NCBI GenBank assembly: GCA_963764165.1
Contig: CAVXRD010000002.1
Coordinates: 1,760,001-1,824,000 of the forward strand
Length of the DNA: 64,000 bases
Direction of reading: 5' to 3'
Origin: an uncultured Verrucomicrobiae bacterium
Lineage (GTDB): Bacteria; Verrucomicrobiota; Verrucomicrobiia; Limisphaerales; Palsa-1400
Positions within the stretch are counted from its first letter, which is position 1; every line of letters begins with the position of its first letter. Below are positions 60,485 through 64,000 of the stretch, one piece after another. The translations under genes and the position numbers were made by a program. The notes below the pieces were generated by a model. That model worked only from the letters and a program-made list of their open reading frames with translations. It was not told where the DNA came from and made no database searches.

Positions 60485-62008
60485 ATGATCATCCAGTTTG
60501 GATCCGAAACCGAAATCGGAATCGCCCGCGAAAAGGAAGAGAATCTCGACGTCGTCGCTGAATCCATGGCGCTGGTGCGCAGCGCGACAAAATCGGGCGT
60601 GCTCATGCGCTGGGATTATAATTGCGAGGATCCGCATGCCGACATGCGCGGCTTCCACGTCCAGGAACTTCGCCAGGATACCGATGAGGCGAATTACTTT
60701 ACGCAGGATTCCGAGCGCGAGCTGACGTTCGTCGAAATCAAAAGCGATCTCGTGCTCGGGAACGGCGCGCGCTACTACAACGATCACGCCCACCCGGAAT
60801 ACTGCACGCCCGAATGCAGCACGGTGGAGGAATTGGTGGCCCACGACCGCGCCGGCGAGCGCATCCTGATGCGTTGCGCGCAAAAGCTTTCCGAGGAACG
60901 CGACTCGGATATTTGCCTTTACAAAAACAACACGGATTTTCGGGGGCATAGTTATGGCTGCCACGAAAATTACCTGCTGCCCCGCTCGCTGCCGTGGGAA
61001 AAATTGGCCCGCGGCATCCAGGCGTTTTTGGTGACGCGGCAGATTGTGGCGGGCGCCGGAAAATTCGCCTTCGAGGAAGAGGACAAATTCGTTTCACCGG
61101 GATTCCAGATTTCGCAGCGCAGCGATTTTTTCAGCGAATTGCAAAGCGTTGACACGATGCAGCGCCGGCCCATCGTCAACACGCGCGACGAACCGCACGC
61201 GAACCCGAATTTGTTCCGGCGCTTTCACGTCATTCTCGGCGATGCCAACATGTCGCCCTTCGCGACGCGGATGAAAATTGGAACGACCGCGCTGGTGCTG
61301 GAAGCCTTGGCGCGGGACCCGAAGCGGGTGTATTCCGTGCTGGCCGATCCGTTGCAGGCGCTCGCGGCGGTTTCGCGCGACGGGAAATTTCGCTGGGAGG
61401 TGGCGTTGCAGGACAAGAAAGCGTCAACCGCGCTTGAGTTGCAGCGCGAGTACATAGCGGCGGTGAGGGAGTTGTGCGATCTGAGCGACCCGTCAAAGGC
61501 GTCCATCTTGGATGATTGGAATCAAGTGCTCAACGATCTTGAGGTTGATCCGATGCGCTGCCGGGATCGGCTGGATTGGGCGGCAAAGCTGGCGCTTATC
61601 CGCGAATTTCAATCGTCGCAAAATGTCGGCGCAAACGACCCGTGGCTGCAAAGCCTCGATTTGGAATATCACCGCCTTGATCGCGAGAAGGGTTTATACT
61701 ATGCCCTTGAGCAATCCGGCACAATGCGAGGCATTCCCGACGATGCCCTCGTTCGCCGCGCCATCTCCGAGCCGCCGAAAACCACCCGCGCCTACATTCG
61801 CGGCCGGTGCATCCAAAAATTTGCCTCCGCCGTCGTCGCCGCCCAATGGGACCACATCACGCTGCAAGGAACGCGCGGCCCGCTGAAAATTTCACTCTTG
61901 GATGTTTTCACACCCGACGAAGTTGCCAGCTATGCGAAAGTGGTCGACGCCGCCAAGCGTCCGGACGATCTCGAATCGATTGCGGAATTGACATCCGACC
62001 CGCTTTAG
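60485..62008 (+). CDS. dop: Pup/UBact deamidase-depupylase Dop (PafA/Dop family)
   Basis: GSETEIG, Dop-loop RWDY..E.P..D.RGF, NGARYYNDHAHPEYCTPEC, KNNTD..GHSYGCHENY, RPIVNTRDEPHA, HVILGDANM. Confidence 0.9.
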   Translation: MIIQFGSETEIGIAREKEENLDVVAESMALVRSATKSGVLMRWDYNCEDPHADMRGFHVQELRQDTDEANYFTQDSERELTFVEIKSDLVLGNGARYYNDHAHPEYCTPECSTVEELVAHDRAGERILMRCAQKLSEERDSDICLYKNNTDFRGHSYGCHENYLLPRSLPWEKLARGIQAFLVTRQIVAGAGKFAFEEEDKFVSPGFQISQRSDFFSELQSVDTMQRRPIVNTRDEPHANPNLFRRFHVILGDANMSPFATRMKIGTTALVLEALARDPKRVYSVLADPLQALAAVSRDGKFRWEVALQDKKASTALELQREYIAAVRELCDLSDPSKASILDDWNQVLNDLEVDPMRCRDRLDWAAKLALIREFQSSQNVGANDPWLQSLDLEYHRLDREKGLYYALEQSGTMRGIPDDALVRRAISEPPKTTRAYIRGRCIQKFASAVVAAQWDHITLQGTRGPLKISLLDVFTPDEVASYAKVVDAAKRPDDLESIAELTSDPL

Positions 62009-62446
62009 CCCGCCTTCCGAGACATAGTCGGAGCCGGGCAGAATATGTAATCATCTCCGGTCCGATCCCTTTCTTCGATTGCTTCGATATTGCGCCCGTC
62101 CCACGGAAGACTTATGCTGGCAGCGTGCCTGCGGAAATTGAACCGATGCAGCAACCCGTGAGGAAGATCGTGGGACGTCCCGCAGACCTCTCAAAGCGCC
62201 TATCGCAGGTTGAAGACCTGACTAGGTTTGCCAAGAAACACGCGCATGGAGCGTTCATCCGAGCCGAGGGAGAATATTTCCCAGTTCGAAAAACTGTTGG
62301 CCGCTCTCGCGGCCGCGGGCATTTATTTCGGACGTAATCGCTCTCCAGCAAATCGTGTCCAGTCAGCGGGAGTGACGACAAAACGAGGTTTTAAACAATG
62401 GCGCCGGGCTCTCTCTCGGCAGGGCGGTGATAGCCCTGCGGCAAAG

Positions 62447-62599
62447 TGCGGAAAATTAACGCGCAATTTGGCAAAATTTAACGCATCCTCGCAAATAGCC
62501 CAAGCTGGGCAATCTACCCCAGTTTCATCATAATGCGTTGATAATCAGAGATTAACCATTATACCATGTGCCGTCGCACACTATGGCATTCGCCATGCT
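62447..62599 (+). promoter_or_regulatory. Sigma54-type promoter with IHF site and tandem upstream repeats
   Basis: TGGCATTCGCCATGCT (GG-N10-GC, 62584-99); IHF consensus TATCAACGCATTA on the minus strand (62531-43); repeats TGCGGAAAATTAACGCG / TGGCAAAATTTAACGCA 22 bp apart. Confidence 0.65.
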
Positions 62600-62646
62600 A
62601 TATAAAACTCAAGGCGATTCAATTCAGCAGACGCCAAAGAGGTGAT

Positions 62647-62859
62647 ATGAATAAAGTAAACAGAATGACAGTGCATCCCCAGCTTGAAGAATTGCCCCGC
62701 CTGCAAGTGGTGACTCCGAGGAATGGCGAGGTCAAACGGCAGGCGCCGCTGGCCGCTCCGCTGCAATTCCCATCGAACTTGTATAAGCGGGTTCCGCGCG
62801 CGGAGACGGTGGTTCTTGGCTGGAAAACCCGCGCGACGCGGCTGGCCAAAGGCGAATAG
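62647..62859 (+). CDS. 70-aa small protein ending in -AKGE
   Basis: Strong SD AGAGGTGA just upstream of the ATG; downstream of a sigma54-type promoter. Confidence 0.65.
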   Translation: MNKVNRMTVHPQLEELPRLQVVTPRNGEVKRQAPLAAPLQFPSNLYKRVPRAETVVLGWKTRATRLAKGE

Positions 62860-63095
62860 GCCCGAGTCCCATCCCCGCGGAAAAAGGACGCAACGGGGAA
62901 AAATTTGTCGTTTCCTTTGTATGAAACGCCCCGTTTTCGATCCTCGAAGCCGAAATGTAGCCGGTCTGTAGCCACTTTGTTGCCTTTTGTAGCTGTTTAA
63001 GTGCCTCGCCTTCAACGATGTAACGGTTGTAGCCGCTTTTTGGAGATTATATAATTATCTGCTGCCCCCGCAATTCCATCCGGGCCAAACTGCCG

Positions 63096-63977
63096 TTAAT
63101 CGGGTTGGCGCAGAGCATCCGGCAACAAGGGTGTCGCGCCTTCCCGCGAACACACAAAACGGGCGACTTCATTGGCGTGCTTGTTAATCGCCTCCAGCGA
63201 TTTTCCCCTTAGCATCCCCATCGCCAGCGCGGCGGTGAACGCGTCTCCCGCCCCCACGGTGTCTTTGACAACGACAGGCGCGCCCGGGTCATCCGCCCAT
63301 TTCCCCTCGGAATACAGGAGGCTTCCGTGCGCGCCTCGTGTCAAACAAACGAGCTTCAATTGATACTGCCCGGCAAGCTGCTCCAATTGCTCGCGCACCG
63401 TGCCGCGAAGATGGAACATGGGCGCTAGCGCCGGCAATTCGCCGTCGTTGAATTTCACCACACTGGCCAGGCCCAGCGACATTTTGATGATGTCTTCGCT
63501 GAAATAGGTTTGACGCAAATTGAGATCCAGAATCCGCAAAGCGCCGGGGCGGGCGGAACCCAGCAGCGCATGGATGGTGGCGCGTGAAGGTTCGCATCGC
63601 TGGGCCAGCGTGCCGAACGCGACCGCATCCGCTTCGCCCATGGCGAGCACCGCGCTGCCAGCCACCGCGAGGCGATCCCACGCGACGCCTTCGTGGATCG
63701 TGAAGGCGGGCTGGCCGTCATCAGCTAGTTTCACGGTGACAGTTCCCGTGGGAGCCGCCGGATCCAATTGAACATCGGAGATGGGAAGGCCCAAGGTTTG
63801 CAGGCGCCTGAGCAATTCAACGCCCAGCGCGTCCGACCCGACGCGCGAAATCACGCGGCTGCGCGCGCCGAGGGATTGCGCGTGAAAGGCAAAATTCGCG
63901 GGCGCTCCGCCCATTTGTTTTCCGGTGGGCAGCAGGTCCCAGAGAATTTCGCCAAGGCCGATAACACTATAGCTCAT
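63096..63977 (-). CDS. PfkB family carbohydrate kinase (fructokinase-like)
   Basis: GEILWD, GGAPANFA, DLNLR, DTVGAGDAF. Confidence 0.93.
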   Translation of the reverse strand: MSYSVIGLGEILWDLLPTGKQMGGAPANFAFHAQSLGARSRVISRVGSDALGVELLRRLQTLGLPISDVQLDPAAPTGTVTVKLADDGQPAFTIHEGVAWDRLAVAGSAVLAMGEADAVAFGTLAQRCEPSRATIHALLGSARPGALRILDLNLRQTYFSEDIIKMSLGLASVVKFNDGELPALAPMFHLRGTVREQLEQLAGQYQLKLVCLTRGAHGSLLYSEGKWADDPGAPVVVKDTVGAGDAFTAALAMGMLRGKSLEAINKHANEVARFVCSREGATPLLPDALRQPD

Positions 63978-64000
63978 GCCACGAGCTATATGGTTTACTC

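Noticed and set aside
62009..62340. Canonical pup/ubact gene directly after dop
   Set aside because: The short ORFs I read here do not end in GG[QE] or R[ST]G[EQ]

Overview
GC-rich bacterial chromosomal window. Gene style (Ig/NHL/LRR secreted proteins, ECF plus Ser/Thr kinase pair, DUF1080s, GTAG-type REPs) suggests Verrucomicrobiota, Pedosphaera-like; this is inference. Housekeeping genes: partial comEC, lysA, argH, iscA, hscB-like, UvrD/PcrA, tRNA-Glu, ohr, efp and a frameshifted moeA. There is an intact IS630 inside a REP doublet, an ECF/STK-WD40 module followed by five secreted-protein genes, a two-component system with GH5/GH2, and a coupled TopIB-ligase pair. A 1.63-kb transposase-less cassette (18-bp TIRs, 8-bp TSD) sits just upstream of arc-dop of a Pup/UBact-type system. 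Main leads: (1) arc-dop has no canonical Pup/UBact gene but is followed by a sigma54-type promoter and a 70-aa ORF ending in -GE; (2) a shared C-terminal 'STNL..W..F/YYR' domain on five secreted proteins, also spliced inside a di-heme peroxidase; (3) a duplicated candidate ECF promoter; (4) the TIR-bounded small-ORF cassette. All calls are by eye; no searches were run.
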